DNA of 64,000 nt from an uncultured Gammaproteobacteria bacterium (GCA_964570655.1 CAZMYU010000001.1:1454-65453); one strand, 5' to 3'; numbered from the stretch's first letter, positions 48,073-56,226 are shown. Numbers and translations: made by a program. The notes: generated by a model from the letters alone, not told the origin.

Positions 48073-50094
48073 ATGAAATTACTTCATAAATTTTTTATTT
48101 TTTCAAAAAAAGAAAGAGGGCCGCTAATCATGGCTGGAATTTTTATTTTCCTATCAGTAATTTTATCAATGTCCGCTGGTCAAATAATTTTAAATATCGA
48201 AAAAAATTGGTCAGACCTCAGTCTCAAACAAGCTCAAAATGGTTTGAAACAAGAATTGAATTATGCCTCAGCCAAAATCAAGGAGACTGCCAACTCAGAA
48301 AACATTAAAAACTTTATAATTAGCAAAGATCTATTCAATTTACTAGCCATAGCCAGGGATATAAAAGAACAATCCGAATTAGAAAGAATTTTAATTACCG
48401 ATGACCAGGGTCTAGTACTCACTAGATCAGCTTCTATTTCTAGTCGGGGTGACTACGTTTTTCAATCTACCGCCTGGGGTCGAAAACTGTCCAACCAAGA
48501 AAGTTTTGCCTCGATCGAAGCCGGAGCCATTATTCACCTCGCCCTCATTGCTGGCGAACCAATTAAATCCGGTGACAAAATCATCGGGGCTATAGTTGGT
48601 GGTTTTGAGCCAAACAATGATTACGCCAAAAAATTTAAAAATAAATATCTGCCACCCAAACATGAGGTCGCTTTTTATTCTCGCAATACCGGGCTCACTG
48701 GCACTAGCTTCGCCGATCCCAAAACTATCGAAATTTTAAACACCAATTATCTTAACCCTGGATCGGACTGGATCCAAAAAGGCGTTACTAATCAAAGAAT
48801 TATAATCAACAAGCAAAGATTTTTGGTAAAAAATCTAGAGTTTAACGGACTCGAAGACAGTCCGGGGGGAATGCTTATTTTCTATCCCGAACCTTACCAG
48901 CTCTTACTCTGGGGAGCTTCCAGTCTAATCGCCCTGCTCTTTATTATTCTAATAATCCTAATTTGTCCGTCAAAATCCAAAAAATGTTTAAAAAAGAAAT
49001 ACCTACTTTTGGGCATCTGCATAGTTATTGTTTTTATAATTTCTTTGCTCACCAACAAACATAACCTAGATGAGCAATCCATCAACATCCCCAGCCCTCA
49101 ATATACTATTTATAATTCAACCCTGAATCTGGACCCGGCTTATGGTATTTTTAATAAAAATTTTGACTATCGCATCGGCATCAAACTATCAACTGGCGGA
49201 GAAAATATTAATACTGCCCAAACTGTTTTGAAATATGACCCTAAAAAAATAAAAGTAAAAGAAATCCTAACTATCAATTCTTTTTGCTCTAACAACTTGT
49301 TTTTGGAAAAAGAAATTGACAACCAAAATGGCATCATCAAAATAGCTTGCCTTGTTCCCAATCCAGGGTTTTCCGAAAAATCCGGCCTAGTCGCCGAACT
49401 CCTTATTGAACCCCTAGAAAATGGCTCATTCAATTTGCAATTCACCTCTGATTCGCAGGTCTTAGCCAATGACGGTCTCGGAACTGATGTTTTGAGAGCT
49501 TCTATTGGTGGAAGTTATCAAATTGTTAATTCCAAAAATCTGGACGATCCTAATTCTTCTGAGTTTTTATTGTCTTCACCAAGTAATCCTAATTCTGAAA
49601 TTTGGTCCAATAATAATAACCCGAGGTTTATTTGGCGCAATATTTCTGGCTATCGCTATCTATACGAGATTAATCAATCCCCTGATCAAATATCTTTCGA
49701 AAATCTCAAAATGGCTAGTACCAACTCAGTCATCTTTAGAAACTTAAAGGATGGTGTCTATTACTTTCATTTGGCTGGCGAAAAAAATAAAGTAGTTGGA
49801 ACTGTTTCTAGTTTTAAAATAAAGATTGACCAAACCCCACCGGCCCCACCAAATATCTTAAGCTCCGATATTAGAGTCCCGGCCGGTCAAATTGTTCGCC
49901 TCAAATTTGAAAGCAGCGATAATCTCAGTGGCTTAGAGCGAGGTTTTTATATCAAAATTGATGATGGTCTGTTTTTTCCCACTGGCTCCTCACTCTTCAC
50001 TGCCTTTTCTAGGGGATCACATGAAATCACTGTCCGAGTTTTTGATCTGGCTGGAAACTATGCCGATAATAGCTTGAGCTTGGAGGTTTATTAA
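48073..50094 (+). CDS. polytopic membrane protein: extracytoplasmic sensor-like domain + cohesin-like domain + 'NNNNPxFxW' Ig-like domain
   Basis: TM1 LIMAGIFIFLSVILSMSAG, then a ~250-aa extracytoplasmic domain (Cache-like? weak), then TM2 and TM3. Cohesin-type pattern LNLDPAYGIFNKNFDYRIGIKL..INTAQTVLKYDPKKIKV..GIIKIACLVPNPGFSEKSGLVAELLIEPLENGSFNLQF..VLANDGLGTDVL. Then WSNNNNPRFIW..DGVYYFHLAG. Confidence 0.75.
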   Translation: MKLLHKFFIFSKKERGPLIMAGIFIFLSVILSMSAGQIILNIEKNWSDLSLKQAQNGLKQELNYASAKIKETANSENIKNFIISKDLFNLLAIARDIKEQSELERILITDDQGLVLTRSASISSRGDYVFQSTAWGRKLSNQESFASIEAGAIIHLALIAGEPIKSGDKIIGAIVGGFEPNNDYAKKFKNKYLPPKHEVAFYSRNTGLTGTSFADPKTIEILNTNYLNPGSDWIQKGVTNQRIIINKQRFLVKNLEFNGLEDSPGGMLIFYPEPYQLLLWGASSLIALLFIILIILICPSKSKKCLKKKYLLLGICIVIVFIISLLTNKHNLDEQSINIPSPQYTIYNSTLNLDPAYGIFNKNFDYRIGIKLSTGGENINTAQTVLKYDPKKIKVKEILTINSFCSNNLFLEKEIDNQNGIIKIACLVPNPGFSEKSGLVAELLIEPLENGSFNLQFTSDSQVLANDGLGTDVLRASIGGSYQIVNSKNLDDPNSSEFLLSSPSNPNSEIWSNNNNPRFIWRNISGYRYLYEINQSPDQISFENLKMASTNSVIFRNLKDGVYYFHLAGEKNKVVGTVSSFKIKIDQTPPAPPNILSSDIRVPAGQIVRLKFESSDNLSGLERGFYIKIDDGLFFPTGSSLFTAFSRGSHEITVRVFDLAGNYADNSLSLEVY

Positions 50095-50121
50095 AATTTA
50101 AATTTTTATCATTCCTAAAAT

Positions 50122-50157
50122 AAAAGCACTTATCTAATTAGATAAGTGCTTTTATTT
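50122..50157. terminator. bidirectional terminator between 48073..50094 and tRNA-Pro
   Basis: aaaagcacttatc taatta gataagtgctttt, flanked by A/T runs. Confidence 0.6.
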
Positions 50158-50161
50158 TATG

Positions 50162-50232
50162 TCGGGCCGCCGGGAATTGAACCCGGATTACGCACTCCCG
50201 AAGCGCGCGTAATACCGTTATACCACGGCCCG
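50162..50232 (-). tRNA. tRNA-Pro (anticodon CGG)
   Basis: Manual fold: acceptor CGGGCCG/CGGCCCG, anticodon arm CGCGC-TTCGGGA-GTGCG, T arm CCGGG-TTCAATT-CCCGG, discriminator A, no encoded CCA. Confidence 0.9.
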
Positions 50233-50357
50233 TCCTTTGGTCACTTAAATTAGCAACCAAAGAATTAACAATTAAAAATGAAAAATTAAAAATTATTTCC
50301 TAAATCTTTAATTATTAATTATTAATTTTTAACTCCACCGCTTATAGCGGTGGAAAG

Positions 50358-50430
50358 TGGACTTGAGGGGACTCGAACCCCTTACCTCTACAATGCGAAT
50401 GTAGCGCTCTACCAGATGAGCTACAAGCCC
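50358..50430 (-). tRNA. tRNA-Ala (anticodon CGC)
   Basis: Manual fold: acceptor GGGCTTG/CAAGTCC with the G3:U70 Ala identity pair, D arm GCTC..GAGC, anticodon arm CTACA-TTCGCAT-TGTAG, T arm AGGGG-TTCGAGT-CCCCT, no CCA. Confidence 0.92.
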
Positions 50431-50593
50431 TTCATTTCGCGAAGCGAAATAATTAAAAATTAGTAATTAAAGATTGAAAATATCTAAAAACTCTCTAATT
50501 TTTAATTGCTACACTAAACTTATAATAAAAGCTCAGAAAAATCAACCCCGCAGAAGCCGCTTCGCGTCTCGCGGGGCAGGGCCCCCGTCCAAC

Positions 50594-50624
50594 TGTCATC
50601 CTGGCGAAGGCCAGGATCCAGGTT
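50594..50624. repeat. 31-bp hairpin repeat, copy 2 of 3 (intergenic)
   Basis: Identical to 30821..30851 and 53474..53504. Confidence 0.9.
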
Positions 50625-51001
50625 AAAAATTAAAAAGCCTCGAGAATCGTGAGACTCTTGAGGCTTTGAGGGTTTTATAGAATGAACTTTGAAATAAAGT
50701 AATTTTATTTATTTTCGTTTAGTCGAAAATGTTTGTAAATAAAATTATTTTATTTTATTAAGTTTTTTTCGTAATGAACAAATTTCCAAAAAAGTCGACC
50801 ATCTTCGGTAAAAAAATTAACCTTTACCTGCACCATTCCGAGATCCAAAGAAAAACCTCTAATGGTCGACTCTTTGCTGTTTTTACTGGTTTTAATAACC
50901 AACGGCAAGTGCCGTTACAATGATTGTTGTTGAACTTATGTCAAAGTAATTATATTATAGCAATTTGCCCTTAGGCTGTAAAGCCCGCTCAGTGGAAAAC
51001 T

Positions 51002-52060
51002 CTAGGCAACCAAAAAATTGCAGACATCCCCATCCCTGACCACATATTCCCGCCCTTCGGTCCGAACCAGGCCTAATTCCTTGGCTTTTACTTCGCTTCC
51101 GGCGCTTACAAAATCCTGCCAATTGATAACTTCAGCCCGAATAAAGCCCTTGATAAAATCAGTATGGATAACCCCGGCCGCCACCGGCGCTTTATCCCCA
51201 GCATGAATTGTCCAAGCCCGAGTCTCATCTGGCCCGGTGGTAAAGAAAGTTTCTAGTCCCAACAGCTTATAAGCGGCTCTAATTAATTTGTCCAAGCCAC
51301 TTTCATCCAATCCTAATTCTTTTATATACTCAGCCTGATCAGCCTCATCTAAATTAGCAATCTCTTCTTCTAGTTTGATATTAAGTGGCAAAATATCGCC
51401 AGCCCATTTAAAATTTAAAGTCTCTTTGGGTTCGTCAGTATTTAAAACATACAAAAGTGGTTTGATGGTCAACAAATTTAAATCCTTAATCAGTTCTTTG
51501 TCGTCCAAACTAAAATCTAGAGTCCGAACTGCCAAACCTTTTTCTAAAACCTCTTTAATTTTTAGCATTAACTCTTTTTTTCTAGACGCCTCCTTATCGC
51601 CACCCTTGATTTCTTTGTCGATTTTTTCCAAACGCTTGCTAACAGTCGACAAATCAGCCAAGGCTAATTCCAAACCAATGGTTTCCTCATCACTCTCAGG
51701 ATCAATTTTGCCATCGACATGAATAATATCATCGTTTTTAAAGTTTCTCACTACTTCACAAATCGCATCGCAATTTCTAATATGGGCCAAAAATTGGTTG
51801 CCTAGTCCTTGACCCTCCGAAGCACCCTTAACTAGGCCGGCCACATCAATAAATTCGATAACGGTATTAATTATTTTTTTGGGTTGAGAAACTTCGGCTA
51901 ATTTTTCCAAACGTTCATCAGGCACCTTAACTACACCCACGTTGGGCTCAATGGTACAAAAAGGATAATTAGCCGCCTCCACGCCCTTTTTAGTAAGAGT
52001 ATTAAATAATGTTGATTTGCCGACATTAGGTAAACCAACAATTGCAATAGATAAAGACAT
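51002..52060 (-). CDS. ychF: redox-regulated ATPase YchF
   Basis: IVGLPNVGKSTLFN, DVAGLVKGASEGQGLGNQFL, and the C-terminal TGS-like REGREYVVRDGDVCNF. Confidence 0.95.
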   Translation of the reverse strand: MSLSIAIVGLPNVGKSTLFNTLTKKGVEAANYPFCTIEPNVGVVKVPDERLEKLAEVSQPKKIINTVIEFIDVAGLVKGASEGQGLGNQFLAHIRNCDAICEVVRNFKNDDIIHVDGKIDPESDEETIGLELALADLSTVSKRLEKIDKEIKGGDKEASRKKELMLKIKEVLEKGLAVRTLDFSLDDKELIKDLNLLTIKPLLYVLNTDEPKETLNFKWAGDILPLNIKLEEEIANLDEADQAEYIKELGLDESGLDKLIRAAYKLLGLETFFTTGPDETRAWTIHAGDKAPVAAGVIHTDFIKGFIRAEVINWQDFVSAGSEVKAKELGLVRTEGREYVVRDGDVCNFLVA

Positions 52061-52073
52061 AAGTATCTAAAAA

Positions 52074-52164
52074 AATTAAAAATTAATAATTAAGAATTAA
52101 AAATTTAAGGAGCCTATTTATTTTACAAAAATAATTTTTAATCTTTCATTTTTAATTATTAATT
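52074..52164. repeat. AT-rich hairpin module directly upstream of ychF
   Basis: aattaaaaattaataattaagaattaaaaattt ... aatttttaatctttcatttttaattattaatt, followed by small hairpins ttgtgc-gaat-gcacaa (52163..52178) and ggcccc-ttaa-ggggcc (52183..52198). Confidence 0.65.
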
Positions 52165-52355
52165 GTGCGAATGCACAACTAAGGCCCCTTAAGGGGCCCA
52201 AGTTGCTTGATGCTCGCAGATTAGTAATTTAGTTTTGCCTAAAAATTCATCTCCGAGCGTTTTACTGACCACTACCTACTAGCCAGCCACCTTATTTTTA
52301 TAAGAAGCCTTTTTGAACCCAAGTCAGTATCGAGCAAAAGCTAGTAAATAGCTTG

Positions 52356-52429
52356 AGGTCCGAGTGGGAGTCGAACCCACGAATAACAGTTTTGCAAACT
52401 GCCGCGTTAGACCACTTCGCCATCGGACC
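52356..52429 (-). tRNA. tRNA-Cys (anticodon GCA)
   Basis: Manual fold: acceptor GGTCCGA/TCGGACC, anticodon arm GCAGT-TTGCAAA-ACTGT, T arm GTGGG-TTCGACT-CCCAC, discriminator U (a Cys identity element), no CCA. Confidence 0.9.
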
Positions 52430-52523
52430 CATCCTCCCGTCGATGACGGAAGAATTAAAAATTAATAATTAAAAATTAAAAATTTGATGGTCAGAAATAC
52501 TAATTAAAATTATCAGTTAAACT

Positions 52524-53564
52524 CTAATGAGTCAAGGTGAGATTAGAATTGGCCCGCAGTTTGGCCACCGAAACAAAACCCTTCTTTTTAAATTGAAAAT
52601 ACCCGGCTAGGGCAATCATGGCCGCATTGTCAGTAGTATAGGGCAGAGCTGTCAAATACAAATGACCACCCCTAATTTGATCATGCACCGCGATTTCTAA
52701 ACCTTGACGCAAACTACTATTAGCCGATACTCCACCAGAAAGCAAAATATTTTTGATCTTATATTTTTTAGCTGCCGCAATTGTTTTATAAACCAGAGTC
52801 TCCACAATCGCCGTTTGCAGTTCATAAGCATAATTGCCCAAACGTTTCTGATAATCTTTGTCTTTTTTCAAAGTATAGAGCAAAGCGGTTTTAAGACCCG
52901 AAAAGGAAAAATCAAAATTACCACTCCCAATCATGGGGCGAGGTAATTTTAAACCTGGAAGCCACTCGGTGGCTGTTTTAGAAATCGCTGGACCACCGGG
53001 ATATCCCAAGCCCAACATCTTGGCCCCTTTGTCAAAGCATTCCCCAGCCGCGTCATCTAAGGTCTCGCCAATAATTTTGTAATTAAAATAATCTTTAAGC
53101 AATACGAGATTGGTATGTCCGCCCGAAACCGTGAGGGCTAGCGCCGGAAATTTAATATTGTTTGTTAGAAATGGCGCGGCTAAGTGGCCAGCAATATGAT
53201 TGACTCCCACCACTGGTTTGTTTAGAGCAAAGGCTAAGGCTCGAGCAGTTTCTACTCCACAAATCAGCGAAGTAATAAGTCCGGGGCCAACAGTCACGGC
53301 AATCAAATCAATCTTGGTCATTTTAATTTTGGCAACTTCCAAAGCCTCGTTTAAAACCGGCACCATGTTTAACACATGCTCCCGCGCTGCCACTTCTGGC
53401 ACCACTCCGCCATATTTTTGATGAATACTAATTTGTGATGAGATGACATTAGATAAAACCTTAGGAGGTTTAATGTCATCCTGGCGAAGGCCAGGATCCA
53501 GGTTCAATTTAATTACGGCCACCGCCGTTTCATCACAACTAGTCTCAATACCTAAAATAATCAT
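52524..53564 (-). CDS. tsaD: tRNA N6-adenosine threonylcarbamoyltransferase TsaD (carries an in-frame copy of the 31-bp repeat)
   Basis: GIETSCDETAVAV, YGGVVPEVAAREH, GVNHIAGH, SGGHT, and a length of 346 aa. Confidence 0.95.
   Translation of the reverse strand: MIILGIETSCDETAVAVIKLNLDPGLRQDDIKPPKVLSNVISSQISIHQKYGGVVPEVAAREHVLNMVPVLNEALEVAKIKMTKIDLIAVTVGPGLITSLICGVETARALAFALNKPVVGVNHIAGHLAAPFLTNNIKFPALALTVSGGHTNLVLLKDYFNYKIIGETLDDAAGECFDKGAKMLGLGYPGGPAISKTATEWLPGLKLPRPMIGSGNFDFSFSGLKTALLYTLKKDKDYQKRLGNYAYELQTAIVETLVYKTIAAAKKYKIKNILLSGGVSANSSLRQGLEIAVHDQIRGGHLYLTALPYTTDNAAMIALAGYFQFKKKGFVSVAKLRANSNLTLTH
53474..53504. repeat. 31-bp hairpin repeat, copy 3 of 3, inside the tsaD coding sequence
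   Basis: The reverse complement aac ctg gat cct ggc ctt cgc cag gat gac a is read in the tsaD frame as NLDPGLRQDD. Confidence 0.9.
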
Positions 53565-53602
53565 ACCCTTATTGTACCTGTTTATGGGTTAAAATCAAAG
53601 AA

Positions 53603-53684
53603 CCTGGGGTCAGACCCCAATTTCTAACAAGCATCTAAAAATGCCAACAAAATAGTGAAAAAATACCTGGGGTCTGACCCCATT
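53603..53684. repeat. pair of GGGGTC-N-GACCCC palindromes 63 bp apart
   Basis: cctggggtcagaccccaa (core 53606..53618) and cctggggtctgaccccat (core 53669..53681). Confidence 0.85.
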
Positions 53685-53726
53685 TAATAACTATAATTTA
53701 ATCTCCTTTTTTGTTATAATAATAGT

Positions 53727-54917
53727 ATGAATAATCAAAGCTCTTTTTGGAACAAGCCCCAAAAAAGAGGTTTTACACTTATAGAACTCTTAGTAGTCAT
53801 TGCCATTATCGGCATTTTGGCGACTGTTAGTATTGTGGCTCTAAATAATGCCCGAGCCAAATCTCGTGACAGCAAAAGAGTTTCTGATGTTAGACAACTC
53901 TCTACAGCTCTGGCTATGTATTATAACGACAAAGGACAATATCCCATGACTCTAGTTTCTGGCCAACCACTTTATTCGACCTCATTAGACGGCAGTGGTA
54001 ATATTGTTACGACCACCTACATGTCTCTAGTTTCCACGACACCCACTCCAGCCGATGGGGCTAATTGTAATACTGCTAATAACACCCTAACTTACGCTAC
54101 TTCTTCAGATTTGCAATCCTATACTCTCTCAACTTGCGTTGGTAATACTCCGCAGAATAATCAAAACGCTATCTATATTGCTGACCCAGTTCAAATCCAA
54201 CCTTGTGGTGCTTATATGGTTGATTATGCCGGACAAAAATATCAGACTGTTCAAATCGGAACTCAATGTTGGATGAAAAGCAACCTCAATGTGGGGACGA
54301 TGGTCACCTCCTACAACACCGCTCCCTGTACTGATGTGAACAGTAGTGGCAATTGGGCCTGCCAAACCAATAATAGCAGCGTCGAAAAATATTGTCTCAA
54401 TAATGACTCCTCTACTTGCCCCACCTATGGCGGTCTTTACGAATGGGCTGAGGCCATGGGCTTTGCCTATCAATGCGGTGATAATTCTGATTTTTCTTCG
54501 GGCTCAGCTACTTGTGGCACAGCCACTACCTATACAATTGCCACTAATCACCAGGGTATTTGTCCTCCGGGCTGGCATATTCCCACTGATACTCAGTGGA
54601 ACACTTTAGAACAATATCTAACCGATGCTGGCAAGACCTGTAATGCTGCGCGAGCCGGAGCCTGGGATTGCGAAGCTGCCGGTACCAAACTACAATTAAC
54701 CGGAACTAATAATTTTGGCGGCCAATTAACCGGTCGACGTTATCCTAATTGGGGAACTTTCAATGATCAAAATAGCAACGGCGATTTTTGGGCCTCCACG
54801 CCCAATAGTACCGGCTATGCTTATGTTCGAGTTTTGGGCACTGGAATGGCCGGAGTTGTTCGTGATGGAACTCTAGGCCGAATCAATGGAGTTTCAGTCC
54901 GTTGCCTAAAAAATTAA
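53727..54917 (+). CDS. type IV pilin (canonical class III signal) fused to a C-terminal FISUMP domain
   Basis: MNNQSSFWNKPQKRG|FTLIELLVVIAIIGILA, SRDSKRVSDVRQLSTALAMYYNDKGQYP, and the FISUMP signature YQTVQIGTQCWMKSNLNVG..YGGLYEWAEAM..CPPGWHIPTDTQW..GVSVRCLKN. Confidence 0.85.
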   Translation: MNNQSSFWNKPQKRGFTLIELLVVIAIIGILATVSIVALNNARAKSRDSKRVSDVRQLSTALAMYYNDKGQYPMTLVSGQPLYSTSLDGSGNIVTTTYMSLVSTTPTPADGANCNTANNTLTYATSSDLQSYTLSTCVGNTPQNNQNAIYIADPVQIQPCGAYMVDYAGQKYQTVQIGTQCWMKSNLNVGTMVTSYNTAPCTDVNSSGNWACQTNNSSVEKYCLNNDSSTCPTYGGLYEWAEAMGFAYQCGDNSDFSSGSATCGTATTYTIATNHQGICPPGWHIPTDTQWNTLEQYLTDAGKTCNAARAGAWDCEAAGTKLQLTGTNNFGGQLTGRRYPNWGTFNDQNSNGDFWASTPNSTGYAYVRVLGTGMAGVVRDGTLGRINGVSVRCLKN

Positions 54918-54940
54918 ATGGGGTCTGACCCCATTTTTTG
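54918..54940 (+). terminator. rho-independent terminator formed by a third GGGGTCTGACCCC palindrome
   Basis: atggggtctgaccccat followed by tttttg, starting 1 nt after the pilin stop codon. Confidence 0.75.
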
Positions 54941-54996
54941 TTTAACAAAAAATATAGTAATTTAAAATCTAATCAATAATAAACCGGAGGTGAGAA

Positions 54997-55314
54997 ATGA
55001 ATAACTTGCAAGAAGTTTTGGAAAACACCTGCGGTAAAAAATATCCGCAGGTAAAAAATTTTATGGACCTGATGGATCTGCAAAGCTTTACAGCTAAATC
55101 CCTATTGGCCAGCATCTTTATCAATGCCGCTGACAAAAACGAATTGGTCCGCGCGCTAAATGTTTGCCAAAGATGTTACGATAATCATTGGAAATATCAG
55201 ATACCCCAGATTAGAACTGCTAGATTTATCACCGACAAAGAGTATCTCCGAATCTTGTGCCAAGAAATCGGCATCCCTATCCCCCAAATAATTTCCAACC
55301 CCATCAAGTCTTGA
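54997..55314 (+). CDS. hypothetical protein
   Basis: 105 aa. A GGAGGTG Shine-Dalgarno sequence lies 6 nt upstream of the ATG. Confidence 0.6.
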   Translation: MNNLQEVLENTCGKKYPQVKNFMDLMDLQSFTAKSLLASIFINAADKNELVRALNVCQRCYDNHWKYQIPQIRTARFITDKEYLRILCQEIGIPIPQIISNPIKS

Positions 55315-55324
55315 GATTTTTTCT

Positions 55325-55353
55325 AACCCGTTATCTCCAAATAACGGGTTTTT
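55325..55353. terminator. bidirectional terminator between 54997..55314 and dcd
   Basis: aacccgttat ctccaa ataacgggtt followed by ttt. Confidence 0.65.
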
Positions 55354-55900
55354 ATTTTTTTGCTTTTAATATTTCCTCATCAGCAAAAATTTTACTCCCC
55401 ATGGATTTGGTCTGACCCTGATATTTCCCTTGATAAGGACTTTGCGCCGACTGATCCATTAAACAAAAAACTAGTTGGCAAATCCGTCGTCCCGATTTTA
55501 GTTCAATTGGCAAAGAATTAGCATTATACAATTCCAAGGTAATTTTGCCTTTAAATCCTGGGTCGACCCAACCGGCATTTTGAATAAAGAGTCCCATCCG
55601 CCCAATAGAACTGCGCCCCTCCACAAAAGCTGTAATATTACTAGGTAGTTCAATATATTCTTCGGTCGTGGCCAGCAAAAAAGTATGTGGGGGAATAATA
55701 ATGGAATCACTCTCAATTTCCTGATATTTAATCGGAGTGTCCAAAGTAATAGCACTCATCTCTTTATCGGCAATGACCAAATAATGAGTGCCCAAATGAC
55801 AATCAATCGAAGCTGGCTGAATAGAATTATCCCGAATCGGCTTAATAATTAATTCCCCGCTAGAAATCATTTTTTGTAATGTTGTGTCAGATAGAATCAT
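55352..55900 (-). CDS. dcd: dCTP deaminase
   Basis: MILSDTTLQKMISSGELIIKP, IQPASIDCHLG, AFVEGRSSIGRMGL, and a length of 182 aa. Confidence 0.9.
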   Translation of the reverse strand: MILSDTTLQKMISSGELIIKPIRDNSIQPASIDCHLGTHYLVIADKEMSAITLDTPIKYQEIESDSIIIPPHTFLLATTEEYIELPSNITAFVEGRSSIGRMGLFIQNAGWVDPGFKGKITLELYNANSLPIELKSGRRICQLVFCLMDQSAQSPYQGKYQGQTKSMGSKIFADEEILKAKK

Positions 55901-55980
55901 AAAATTAATAGAGTTAGTTTAAAAATGGTAATACTAATAATAGCATGAAGTTATAGGAAAGTTAAGCGCTTAGACAAACT

Positions 55981-56009
55981 AAAAGACTCTCGCAAAACGA
56001 GAGTCTTTT
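55981..56009 (-). terminator. hairpin closing the tRNA-Glu transcription unit
   Basis: aaagactctcg caaaa cgagagtcttt. Confidence 0.5.
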
Positions 56010-56014
56010 AGTTT

Positions 56015-56031
56015 GTAGCCCCTACGGGAGT
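56015..56031 (-). repeat. 17-nt exact duplicate of the tRNA-Glu 3' end
   Basis: gtagcccctacgggagt is identical to 56226..56242 (tRNA-Glu T-arm/acceptor 3' half), 211 bp away. Confidence 0.85.
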
Positions 56032-56226
56032 TCCGCCTCACTCACTCGCCGTCGCTCGTTCGTTCGTTGTCCTGGGCGGCGTCAAAAGCTACGCCCGCTC
56101 GCTTTTGTCGGCGCTCGTTGCGAAATTTGTCTGCTGACAAATTTCTAACTCGCTTCCACCCGTCCGACTCCCGAGGCCTTCGGCCTAACAAAAACAACCA
56201 CGTAAACGTGGTTGTTTTTGTTAGCG

